From the NCBI GenBank assembly GCA_036741715.1, contig DAINRR010000005.1, positions 25,203 to 89,202 on the forward strand: a stretch of 64,000 bases of DNA. The letters run 5' to 3'. The DNA is from Gemmatimonadales bacterium (GTDB lineage Bacteria > Gemmatimonadota > Gemmatimonadetes > Gemmatimonadales > GWC2-71-9). A program made the position numbers and the translations under genes. This document shows positions 19,601 to 27,420 of this stretch, one piece after another. The notes beneath the pieces were generated by a model, which was not told the DNA's origin, made no database searches, and saw only the letters and a list, made by a program, of their open reading frames with translations. Every line of letters begins with the position of its first letter. Position 1 is the stretch's first letter.

Positions 19601-19830
19601 ATTTCGTACATGCGGCGCTCGATGGGCCGGACGAGCAGGTTCTCCGTTTCCGCCGGGGTCGCGCCCGGCAGCGCCACGAGCACGTCGATCATCGGCACGG
19701 AAATCTGCGGCTCCTCCTCGCGGGGAGTGGCGAGCATCGCCATGAGCCCCACGGCGAGCGACGCGACCGTGATGAGCGGCGTCAGCTTCGAATGCAGGAA
19801 CCGGCCGGCCACCCGGCCCGCGATGCCCAT
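16663..19830 (-). CDS. RND efflux transporter permease subunit (AcrB/CzcA superfamily)
   Basis: About 1055 aa with 12-TM RND architecture throughout. Start set to ATG 19830 (MGIAGRVAGRFL), with GGGAGGA 7 nt upstream and 1 nt after the MFP stop. The track start is GTG 19848. Confidence 0.95.
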   Translation of the reverse strand: MGIAGRVAGRFLHSKLTPLITVASLAVGLMAMLATPREEEPQISVPMIDVLVALPGATPAETENLLVRPIERRMYEIAGVDHIYSTAGDGWALVTVRFDVGENQETSIVKVHARLLSAMDEAPPGALPPLVKPHSIDDVPILTLTLHSRRYGSNELRAIAIHLEDEVRTVPDVAATSVIGGQAEQIRVTLEPSRLAAAGVTPGEVAASLRSANVRLQAGELAAADEVHLVRVGAPLVTAADAGSVIVSTRGPEPVYLRDVASITEEFGERTDYVSHAAADGASESAVTISVAKRPGANATEVAHAVMARVEAARNRILPADVGVAVTRDYGETASEKANELILHLAIATLSVTILIGFFLGWREAVVVLVAVPVTLALTLFAYYALGYSLNRITLFALIFSIGILVDDAIVVVENIYRHLALGGKDPATAAIEGVDEVGNPTILATFTVIAAILPMAFVTGLMGPYMRPIPVGASVAMLASLGVAFIVTPYLALRLLRGHVHAGGHERGPGAGRPSRFARLYRGIMSGLMEQPRRRHLFYGVVGALLVISVGLVALRAVSVKMLPFDNKSEFQVVLDLPEGTSLETSAALGAEVAGYLRTIPEVLSTEVYAGTAAPFNFNGLVRHYFMRRGSNVADVQVNLLEKGERSRLSHEIAVAVRPGVDSIARRFGASAKVAEIPPGPPVLSTLVAEIYAADDSTRLETARRVREVFESTSGVVDVDWTVEAPQRQLDFRVDRVRAATAGASVEQIAQAVALAHSGGVVGLASHPSAREAVAIVPRLPLASRSSGEALLAIPVATASGPQPLARFVTMDSARREPARFRKDLRPVIYVTGDVAGTIESPVYAILAMNRALDTVRVGGAEIGRYNAVQPERLDETAMKWDGEWQITIEVFRDLGIAFAAVLILIYVLVVGWFQSFTIPLVIMAPIPLTLVGILPGHAVTGAFFTATSMIGMIALAGIIVRNSILLVDFIQLAEERGAPLAEAVIEAGSVRARPIALTAAAVVVGGLVMVLDPIFQGLAVALMSGAVVATLLTMVVVPLLYWELQRRRETRTP

Positions 19831-19831
19831 C

Positions 19832-20905
19832 TCAGCGTCCTCCCGCACTGGTCGCCGGAACCAGGACGCGGTCGCCGGCGCGGATGCCCGACAGCACCTC
19901 CACCAGCTCGCCGTGCGTGTCGCCCAGCCGGATCCAGCGGAGCTCGCCGCCCGTGGCTCCGACGACCCGCACGCCGGTGAGGTCTCCCTCCGCGATGAGT
20001 GCCGCTGCCGGGATGAACAACCCGCTCCGGGTCCCGCCCGGGAGCCGGAGCGTCGCCGTGCCGCCCGACGGGAATGTGCCGCCGACGTTGTTCACCACGG
20101 CGTTCACGGTGTATACGGCGCCCGATGACGGCACGACCCCTTCGATCACCGCCTCGACCGGAGTGCCCTCGATCGTTCCGCCGATGCTCGTCCCTGCCGC
20201 GAGACGACCCGCAGCCGGGGTCGTCGTGACGCGGAGCCGGAGACGACTCGCGTCCTCGATCGTGACGACCGGCGCGCCCGGCGCGACGAAGGCACCGGGA
20301 TCGACGAATCGCCGCGTGACGATGCCCGGGAACGGGGCCTGGATCCTGGCGTAGGCGCCGAGCGCGTCGACCTCGGCCGCGCCCGCGCGCGCCGAGGCCG
20401 CCGCCGCTGCGGCCCGCGCGAGACCGGTCTCGGCAGCCTCGAGCTGGACCCGCGTCGCGGCGCTCTCGGCGTACAGGGCGCTCATGCGCGCAAGCTGCGT
20501 CTCCGCGTCACGGTGCATCGCGTCCGCGGCGGCGCTGCCGGCGGCGACCTGCGTGCGCCGCGCGGCGATGTCGCGCGCGTCGATCGTGGCGACCACCTGG
20601 CCGGCGCGAACGCGCTCGCCCTCCCGCACCGTGACGGTGGTGACGGCGCCCATCAGCTTCGTACTGAGGGTCGCGCGCTGGATCGGTTCCGCGATGCCCG
20701 CTGCCTCGAGCGTCGCATCGATGACGGTGTCGCGCACCGTCACGATCGACCCGGCAGCGGAGCCGGCCATCGCCGTCGCCGTCGCCGTGGCCTCAGGCTC
20801 GGGCGCGCCGCCGCCGCAGGCGGCGACGAGGAGGGCCGCCATGGCGTAGCGGGCCGGCCGGCGGAACGGGTGGGCGCGAAAGGCCGTGCGGGTCGGCTCG
20901 CTCAT
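19832..20905 (-). CDS. RND efflux periplasmic adaptor (membrane-fusion protein, HlyD family), lipoprotein
   Basis: Lipobox 'ALLVAAC', Ala-rich coiled-coil hairpin, and lipoyl/beta-barrel blocks 'IQAPFPGIVTRRFVDPGAFV'. Confidence 0.9.
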   Translation of the reverse strand: MSEPTRTAFRAHPFRRPARYAMAALLVAACGGGAPEPEATATATAMAGSAAGSIVTVRDTVIDATLEAAGIAEPIQRATLSTKLMGAVTTVTVREGERVRAGQVVATIDARDIAARRTQVAAGSAAADAMHRDAETQLARMSALYAESAATRVQLEAAETGLARAAAAAASARAGAAEVDALGAYARIQAPFPGIVTRRFVDPGAFVAPGAPVVTIEDASRLRLRVTTTPAAGRLAAGTSIGGTIEGTPVEAVIEGVVPSSGAVYTVNAVVNNVGGTFPSGGTATLRLPGGTRSGLFIPAAALIAEGDLTGVRVVGATGGELRWIRLGDTHGELVEVLSGIRAGDRVLVPATSAGGR

Positions 20906-22248
20906 TACTGTCCATCCTCGAGAGTGACGATCGCGGAGACGTCTCCGCCCCGTGCCTGCAGCCGCTCGGCCGCAGCGATGATTGCCTGATACCGCGATTC
21001 GGCAAAAGCGAGCCGCGCACCTGTCTCCGCGGCAGCCGCGTCGAAGAGCTCGGTGATCGAGGCGACGCCGCCTTCGTATTTCCGCGTGACGATCCGGTGG
21101 GCTTCGACGCTCTGCGCCACTGCCCGCTCGGCGAGATCCATCCGCGCGAGCGCCACTGCCGCCCGCGTCTCCGCGGACCGCACGTCGAGCCGTGCCTGTG
21201 CTCCTGCCGCCTCCGCCCTCGCCGCGGCGCTCTCGCGCCGCGCCCGGGCTGCGCGCCCTTCGGCGAGCTCCGATCCCCCACTGAACGGCGACCAGCTCAG
21301 CATGATGCCGGCGGTCCAGCTTTCGTCTCCACCGAACGGCGTGCCGGCGGTGTTCCAGTCGAGCCGACCGAAGGCATTGACGCGCGGAAGGAGGAGCGCT
21401 GAAGCACGCCGGGCGTCGGCGCGCGCGGCGTCGAGTCCGAGGCGAGCGGCGCGGACATCGGGCCGCTCGATGGCGGGCGGGAGGGGGGCCGTGAGGATCG
21501 TACGGATCCGGGAGACATCCGGGAGCACCACGGCCTGGATGCTCACACTGTCGAGCGGTGCGCCGATGGCGAGCGCAACGCGCGCGCCGGAAAGTGATGA
21601 ATCGCCACGCGCGCCGACGAGCCGCGCCTCGACCTCGCCCGCGCGCACCGCGGCGAGCAGCGCATCGGATCGCGTCACCACCCCGTTACGATGCAGCGAC
21701 TCGGCCTGCCGCTGGTGTGCCAGCGCGGAGGCCAGTGCCGTGTCGAGGGCCAGGACCGTCTCGTGCGCCAGCACGGCGCCATAGTAGGCCGCGATCACGC
21801 CCACCCGGGTGCCGCTCCGCGCCCATGCCTCCGAAGCACGCGCCGCATCGGCGGCGCGCACTGCCGCGCGCCGGGCGTAGAGCACGTCGGCATTGAAGAT
21901 CGGCTGCTCCACGATGGCCCCTGCGGCCAGATTCCCGATCGCGGCGGGCCGATTGAGGCGTGCCGGGTCGAAGGCCTCGGGCGTCACGGCGCGCTGGCGC
22001 AGCAGGTAGCCGAAGGCACCGAGCGGGTCGGTCGTGCGGGTGTATCCCCCTTCGAGACGAACGGTCGGGAGCACGCCCCGGGGGGAGGCGGAGGCCGCAG
22101 CGGCGCGCGCCCGCGTTTCCCCTGCAGCGCCGCGGTTCGCGAAGCCGTCCGCCTCCGCCCGGGCGAGAGCCTCACGGAGCGAGATCGCCTGCGCCGCGAG
22201 GGGATCGGCAGCGCCCGCCAGAAGGAGGAAAAGTCCGATCAGTCGCAT
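20905..22248 (-). CDS. TolC-family outer membrane efflux protein
   Basis: Start trimmed to ATG 22248 (MRLIGLFLLLAGAADPLAAQ). It has two TolC repeats with 'SLREALARA' and 'AAR...LLPRV' patterns. TAATG overlaps the MFP start at 20905. Confidence 0.9.
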   Translation of the reverse strand: MRLIGLFLLLAGAADPLAAQAISLREALARAEADGFANRGAAGETRARAAAASASPRGVLPTVRLEGGYTRTTDPLGAFGYLLRQRAVTPEAFDPARLNRPAAIGNLAAGAIVEQPIFNADVLYARRAAVRAADAARASEAWARSGTRVGVIAAYYGAVLAHETVLALDTALASALAHQRQAESLHRNGVVTRSDALLAAVRAGEVEARLVGARGDSSLSGARVALAIGAPLDSVSIQAVVLPDVSRIRTILTAPLPPAIERPDVRAARLGLDAARADARRASALLLPRVNAFGRLDWNTAGTPFGGDESWTAGIMLSWSPFSGGSELAEGRAARARRESAAARAEAAGAQARLDVRSAETRAAVALARMDLAERAVAQSVEAHRIVTRKYEGGVASITELFDAAAAETGARLAFAESRYQAIIAAAERLQARGGDVSAIVTLEDGQ

Positions 22249-22267
22249 CCATGCACCCGGAAGGAAG

Positions 22268-22300
22268 ATTACTACCGTATGACTATATAGTAATATACTA
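22268..22300. promoter_or_regulatory. AT-rich dyad-symmetry region upstream of the TolC-MFP-RND operon (candidate promoter/operator)
   Basis: This is the only AT-rich patch in its neighbourhood. It contains perfect palindrome ACTATATAGT (22282-22291), arms ATTACTA (22268-22274) / TAGTAAT (22288-22294), and TAGTA-ATA-TACTA (22288-22300). It lies 20-50 nt upstream of ATG 22248. Confidence 0.35.
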
Positions 22301-22385
22301 ACGCCGGAACCCACAGCAAGTGTGCGCTGCAGCTGCTGTAGCGGGGATGAGGGAATCAGGAAGATTGGTTCAGGCGGCCCGGGCG

Positions 22386-23063
22386 CTACCGCAGGGGAAC
22401 GCCCCGGTCCGCTGCGGGCACGCCCCTGTCGCCCGTACGAAACACCACCTCGGTGGTATATCCGTCTGCCTGGATGAGCGCTTCGAGCAATCGCCTGGCG
22501 CTCGTGTCGGCGGCAACGAGCGCGCCGCTCTCGGCGGCCCCGGCCGCGAGCTGACGGCGGGCCAGGGCGAAGATGGTATCACGATCCGCGGGCCTGAACC
22601 GGTTCAGGATCCCGTTCTGCTCGTCCCAGGTCCGCATCTCGGTGATTTCCACCGCGAGGACGCTCGCCGCAGGCAGCTCGATGCGCACCTTCCGCTCCGC
22701 ATGGTCGATGGCGACCTCGGTCCCCCGGTCGAGATCGATCCCCGCCAGGATCCTGCCGGAAACGACGACGAGGGCCCGCTTGGTCGAGCCGAGCCGCCGA
22801 TTCTCGTAGGTCACGACATCGCGCACCGTGGTCTCGTTCGTGACGAGCTGGGCCACGGTGCGCATCTTCCCCACGATCACGGCCTGCGTCACCGACGTCT
22901 CCCCCGCGCGCGCCTTCCCGAGTCCGAAGGGATCGAATGCGCGCACGATCGACCGGACGGCGAGGAACGCCAGCAGGAAGAGAATTGCGGCGATGGCGGG
23001 CCGCAGGAAGGGCCGCCAGGCCGGCGCAGCGGGGATGCGGGAGTCGTCGTTCGGCGAGGTCAT
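22386..23063 (-). CDS. DUF4230-like membrane-anchored protein
   Basis: N-terminal TM segment AIAAILFLLAFLAV, then 'VTQAVIVGKMRTVAQLVTNETTVRDVVTYE...VVVSGRILAGIDL'. The family call is from memory and moderately sure. Confidence 0.7.
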   Translation of the reverse strand: MTSPNDDSRIPAAPAWRPFLRPAIAAILFLLAFLAVRSIVRAFDPFGLGKARAGETSVTQAVIVGKMRTVAQLVTNETTVRDVVTYENRRLGSTKRALVVVSGRILAGIDLDRGTEVAIDHAERKVRIELPAASVLAVEITEMRTWDEQNGILNRFRPADRDTIFALARRQLAAGAAESGALVAADTSARRLLEALIQADGYTTEVVFRTGDRGVPAADRGVPLR

Positions 23064-23099
23064 GGATTAAGGTTACCCGGATTCCCCGACGGAGGCAGG

Positions 23100-23531
23100 A
23101 TGAGCACCATCGATATCCGGATACTGACGCAGGTGGATGCGGTCCTGCTCGAGACGGTCGCTCCCGACGTCTTCGACGAGCCGATCGATGCGAACTGGAG
23201 CGCCGAGTTCCTCGCCGACGCTCGGCACCACCTCGCGGTGGCGATCGACGATGGAGTAATCGTCGGGATGGCGTCGGCCGTGCACTACATCCATCCCGAC
23301 AAGCCGCCCGAGCTCTGGATCAACGAGGTCGGCGTGGCGGAGACGCACCGGCGCCGGGGGCTCGCGCGCCGGCTGCTCGAAGCGCTCTTCGAGCGTGGTC
23401 GCGGCCTCGGGTGCTCGGAGGCGTGGGTGCTGGCCGATCAGTCGAACGACGGCGCGCGCCGCCTGTACGAGAGCGCGGGCGGGAGGGCGGCCCCGGAGCC
23501 GGCGATCATGTTCGAGTTCCCGCTGATCTGA
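23100..23531 (+). CDS. GNAT family N-acetyltransferase
   Basis: ATG 23100 is preceded by GGAGGCAGG. Acetyl-CoA motif is 'INEVGVAETHRRRGLARRLLEAL' ... 'GARRLYESAG'. The upstream part of track ORF 22320-23531 is antisense to the DUF4230 gene. Confidence 0.85.
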   Translation: MSTIDIRILTQVDAVLLETVAPDVFDEPIDANWSAEFLADARHHLAVAIDDGVIVGMASAVHYIHPDKPPELWINEVGVAETHRRRGLARRLLEALFERGRGLGCSEAWVLADQSNDGARRLYESAGGRAAPEPAIMFEFPLI

Positions 23532-24309
23532 TCGCCGGCCGGCTCACCGTCACCACCCTTCCCCGCCACCGATCCCCGTCCCACTCCGCCAGGACGACGC
23601 ATTCGCCGGTTCGTGGCGCCGCGGCAAGTAGCCGGCCGGCGTCGTCCCACGCGGCCGTACCGCCCGCGGCTTCGAGCTCGGGCGAATCCGCGAAATTCGC
23701 CATCAGCGCCGGGACGCCGAGCGTCTGCGTGCACGTGGTGAGGCGCAGGAAATCCTTCTCGTACCCGCGCGGCGAGAGGAAGCTGCTCGCCGCATAGACC
23801 CGCGCCCCACTCGCCACCGTATCGGGGAAGTGCGCCGGATGGTTCACCTCGGCGCAGATGGCGAGGCCCACCGCCGTACCGCGCACGCTCAGCATCGGAC
23901 CGCCGTTTCCCTGCGCGAACACCGGCGTCTCGCTCTCGTGCAGGTAGCGCTTGGTGTACGTCCCGCGCATGCCGTCCGCTCCGAAGATGATGCTTCCGAT
24001 CATGAGGCCCTGCCCGGCCGCCAGCGGCGCCCCGGCGACGATCGTGATCCCGCGGCGCGCCGCCAGCTCCGCGAGCGGCTCGAGCACCCCATCACCCGGC
24101 CCGATCGCATCGCCGAGCGTGAGCGTGTCGCGGTATCCCGTGAGGGAGAGCTCGGGGAAGATCACGAGTGACGCCCCTGCGTCCGCCGCCGTCTCTGCGA
24201 GCCGCAGGTGCGCTTCGATCGACTCTTCCATCTTTCCCGGCCGCGCCTCCACCTGCGCCGCAGCCAGGGTGCGAGCCTGGCGCTCGCCCGACCCGTTCGA
24301 TAGACGCAT
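23506..24309 (-). CDS. carbon-nitrogen hydrolase (nitrilase superfamily)
   Basis: Glu-Lys-Cys triad blocks are 'VIFPELSLTGY', 'YTKRYLH', 'GLAICAE'. Start set at ATG 24309 (MRLSNG...). The 3' end overlaps the convergent GNAT gene by 26 nt. Confidence 0.85.
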   Translation of the reverse strand: MRLSNGSGERQARTLAAAQVEARPGKMEESIEAHLRLAETAADAGASLVIFPELSLTGYRDTLTLGDAIGPGDGVLEPLAELAARRGITIVAGAPLAAGQGLMIGSIIFGADGMRGTYTKRYLHESETPVFAQGNGGPMLSVRGTAVGLAICAEVNHPAHFPDTVASGARVYAASSFLSPRGYEKDFLRLTTCTQTLGVPALMANFADSPELEAAGGTAAWDDAGRLLAAAPRTGECVVLAEWDGDRWRGRVVTVSRPAIRSAGTRT

Positions 24310-24630
24310 CGCCGCTCCACTCGTCAGGAAACACTCGACCGCCGGTGGTATCAATTAGGCCGCCGATCTCGCCGGCCGTCAAGCAACACCCACTCCCCCC
24401 TCCGTCCTCCGCAGTTCCCGGTGCCAGCGTGGTCACTTACGGTCACTGTCCGGGGACCCGCGCATTGACAGGATGAGCGGCCGGCCGGAAACTGGAGCAG
24501 CGCGCCGTCGGGGCGCCTCCTGTCCGCGGCAAGGGAGCCTGCTCCCACCCGATCCGGTTCATCGCCCTTCGATCGAACCTTCTTCCTGCCTGCCGATCAG
24601 CGGACCTCAGGCGTTACGGGAGGAGGTCTC

Positions 24631-26559
24631 ATGTCCAGGCACATTTCGCCTGCTACCACGCTCGACACGCTGAAACAGGATGCGAAGCGCTGGCATCGCA
24701 GCCTTCTCGCCGGCGATGCCGAGGCGCACGCCCGCTTCCGGGCGGCGGCGTCCGGCGCCGCCGCCTCGTCCACCGCTCCCACTCTCCGCGCCGTCCAGCA
24801 CGCCCTCGCCCGCGAGTACGGCTTTTCCGGCTGGGCGGCGCTGAGGCGGCAGATCGAGAACGCAGCGCTCACGCGGTATGAAGCCGTGGCCGAAGCGCTC
24901 GTACGGGCGTATCGCGCGCCTGAGCCCGACGCGATGCGAGTCGTGCACGAGTATTTCGGTCACCGGCGCGCGTGGGACGGCATGCGCCGCTACATCCGCC
25001 TCGACCTCGGCGGCCCCGAGGAAGTCGCGGACGCCGCGGAGGACTTCATTACGATCGCACAGGCGCGCCACCTCGTCGCGCGCCGGCAGGGGTTTCCGGG
25101 GTGGGACGCGCTCCTCGCATTCACCGAGTCGATCCCTCCGGGAAAGCCGATTCTGCCGAAGCAGGTCGGCGCATGCGTCGCCGGCGATCCCGATCCGCTC
25201 GAATCGCCGACGACAGTGCTGGCGCGGAACTGGGACGACCTCATCGACGCGCTCGCCGGGCGCCGGCTCACGGCGGTCCACGCCGCCGGCCAGATGACCG
25301 ACGCCGTGCTCGAGCGGATCGCGCGGCTCGATCACATCGAGGAGCTCGACCTCAGCGGCTCGCGAGGCATCACCGACGAAGGACTTCGCTGCCTCGCAGG
25401 GCTCACGCGCCTCACGAGCCTGCAGCTCGGCGGCTGTGCGACAGGCGATGCGGGCGTCGAAGCGGTAGGACTGATCCCGAGTCTCGAGAAACTGGGACTC
25501 GGCGGGACCCGCGTTTCGGACGCCGGTGTCGCACATCTGGCGCGATGCGAGCGCCTCCGGATGGTCGATCTTTCCGGCACCCATACGGGCGATGCCGCCA
25601 TCCGGGTGCTCGCCGGCAAGCCGGCGCTCCGGCATTTTCGCTCGGGCGAGCACGTCACCGACACCGGGCTCGCCGCTTTCAGGGACTATCCCGCGCTCCG
25701 CACCTGGAGCGGAGACGAGCCGCCGCTTCATCTCTTCAGCTACGACGAGCATCCGACGCAGCTCCGCCTCCGCGGATCATTCACCGACGCGGGGCTCGCC
25801 CGCCTCGCCGCGTGCGATGGCCTCTACGCTCTCGACCTCGACAGCGACCGCCTGGCCGTCACCGGCGCCGGCCTGGCCCCGCTCGCCGCACTGCCCCACC
25901 TCTCGGCGCTCGCATTCGACGCCGAGGACGCCGACATGCCGTACATCGCGGCACTCCCACGGCTCCGCCATCTCGTGTGCCAGGATACGACCGCGGGCGA
26001 CGGCGGCTTCGCAGCGCTCGGCGCGTCACGTTCGCTCGAGTTCCTCTGGGGGCGGCGTTGCCACAACCTGCACCGCCGCGGCTTCGTGGCGCTCGCGAAC
26101 ATCCCGACGCTCCGCTCGCTTTCGGTGAGCTGCCTCAACGTCGATGATGCAGGCCTGGCCACGCTGCCGCACTTCCCGGCGCTGACCGAGCTCATGCCGA
26201 TGGACGTCCCCGATGAGGGATTCCGGCACATCGCCCGCTGCCCGAACCTCGAGTCGCTCGTCCTCATGTACTGCCGCGAGACGGGGGACCGGGGGACCGA
26301 GCATATCGCGGGCATGGGCCTCAGGAAATACTTCGCCAGCTACAACCGGATCACGGACCGGACGCCGGAGCTCCTGAGCGGGATGATGACACTCCAGGAC
26401 GTGACCCTCGACTCCTGTGGAAGACTCACCGATGCGGGTATAGCCGCGCTTGCGAGACTTCCCGCGCTGAGATTGCTGCGGATTTCCGGCATGCGCGGGG
26501 TGACGCGCGACGTGATCCGCGTCTTCGGAGCGGGGGTCAGGGTCGCCTACGCCCCGTGA
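24631..26559 (+). CDS. leucine-rich repeat protein of the RNI/F-box-LRR (cysteine-containing LRR) type with helical N-terminal domain
   Basis: Strong RBS GGGAGGAGG before the ATG. The C-terminal roughly 400 aa has repeated 'L..L.L.(G/S)...(T/I)(T/G)D.G(L/V)..LA..P.L' units. The N-terminus has two 'A(Q/R)..(L/V)AR..GF.GW.AL' helical motifs. Confidence 0.85.
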   Translation: MSRHISPATTLDTLKQDAKRWHRSLLAGDAEAHARFRAAASGAAASSTAPTLRAVQHALAREYGFSGWAALRRQIENAALTRYEAVAEALVRAYRAPEPDAMRVVHEYFGHRRAWDGMRRYIRLDLGGPEEVADAAEDFITIAQARHLVARRQGFPGWDALLAFTESIPPGKPILPKQVGACVAGDPDPLESPTTVLARNWDDLIDALAGRRLTAVHAAGQMTDAVLERIARLDHIEELDLSGSRGITDEGLRCLAGLTRLTSLQLGGCATGDAGVEAVGLIPSLEKLGLGGTRVSDAGVAHLARCERLRMVDLSGTHTGDAAIRVLAGKPALRHFRSGEHVTDTGLAAFRDYPALRTWSGDEPPLHLFSYDEHPTQLRLRGSFTDAGLARLAACDGLYALDLDSDRLAVTGAGLAPLAALPHLSALAFDAEDADMPYIAALPRLRHLVCQDTTAGDGGFAALGASRSLEFLWGRRCHNLHRRGFVALANIPTLRSLSVSCLNVDDAGLATLPHFPALTELMPMDVPDEGFRHIARCPNLESLVLMYCRETGDRGTEHIAGMGLRKYFASYNRITDRTPELLSGMMTLQDVTLDSCGRLTDAGIAALARLPALRLLRISGMRGVTRDVIRVFGAGVRVAYAP

Positions 26560-26610
26560 TCAGGCCGGCGCCCGCATGGGGCCGCCTCCTCTATTCAGAA
26601 CGGACAAGCG

Positions 26611-27414
26611 ATGATGCCCGAACGTGACGATCCGGAACAGGCAACGCGCGAAGAGCGCAGCGAGCGCACGGCAGCCCTGACGCAGCTCGAAGCGTGGCTC
26701 GAGTGGCCGATGCAGATCCTCGGCTTCGTCTGGCTGGGGCTCCTCGTCATCGAGCTGACGGAGGGGCTGACACCGGTCCTGGCGGCGCTCAGCACGGTAA
26801 TCTGGATCGTGTTCATCCTCGACTTCGCGCTCAGGCTCACACTCGCCCCCGAGAAGGGCCGCTACCTCAAATCCAATTGGCTCACCGTCATCTCGCTCGC
26901 CGTCCCGGCGCTGCGTGTGCTGCGTCTCGCGCGGGCATTCCGCCTGCTTCGCGCCGGCCGGGCGGTGCGCGGGGTGCGGCTCGTCAAGGTCATCGGCTCG
27001 ATCAATCGCGGGATGGGAGCGCTCGGCCGCAGTATGGGGCGCCGTGGCCTCGGCTATGTCGTGATGCTCACGCTGCTGATCACCTTCGCCGGCGCCGCGG
27101 GCATGTACGCCTTCGAGCGCGAGACACCGGGCGGTGCAATCGTCGACTACCCGACCGCGCTCTGGTGGACGGCGATGATCATGACGACGATGGGGTCGGA
27201 GTACTGGCCGAAGACGGCCGAAGGACGGGCGCTCTGCATTCTCCTCGCGCTCTACGCCTTTGCCGTCTTCGGCTACGTCACGGCGTCCCTGGCGACGTAC
27301 TTCGTGGGGCAGGAAGCGGAGTCGAGCGACTCGGAGCTCGCCGGCGCAGCGGCGATCCGCGCGCTGCAGGCGGACATCGCCGAGCTCACGGCGGAAGTGC
27401 GGGCGAGGATGTGA
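26611..27414 (+). CDS. six-TM voltage-sensor-containing cation channel (Ion_trans family) with atypical pore signature
   Basis: S4 is 'LRVLRLARAFRLLRAGRAVRGVRLVK', with a basic residue every third position nine times. The pore is 'ALWWTAMIMTTMGSEYWP', S6 is 'LCILLALYAFAVFGYVTASLATYF', and there is a C-terminal coiled-coil. Confidence 0.85.
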   Translation: MMPERDDPEQATREERSERTAALTQLEAWLEWPMQILGFVWLGLLVIELTEGLTPVLAALSTVIWIVFILDFALRLTLAPEKGRYLKSNWLTVISLAVPALRVLRLARAFRLLRAGRAVRGVRLVKVIGSINRGMGALGRSMGRRGLGYVVMLTLLITFAGAAGMYAFERETPGGAIVDYPTALWWTAMIMTTMGSEYWPKTAEGRALCILLALYAFAVFGYVTASLATYFVGQEAESSDSELAGAAAIRALQADIAELTAEVRARM

Positions 27415-27420
27415 GGGACG

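Noticed and set aside
17527-19980. 817-aa plus-strand ORF (and 16612-17391, 16727-17110 etc.)
   Set aside because: It is antisense to the RND permease and MFP genes, which have unmistakable family architecture. Its composition is dominated by Arg/His/Asp.
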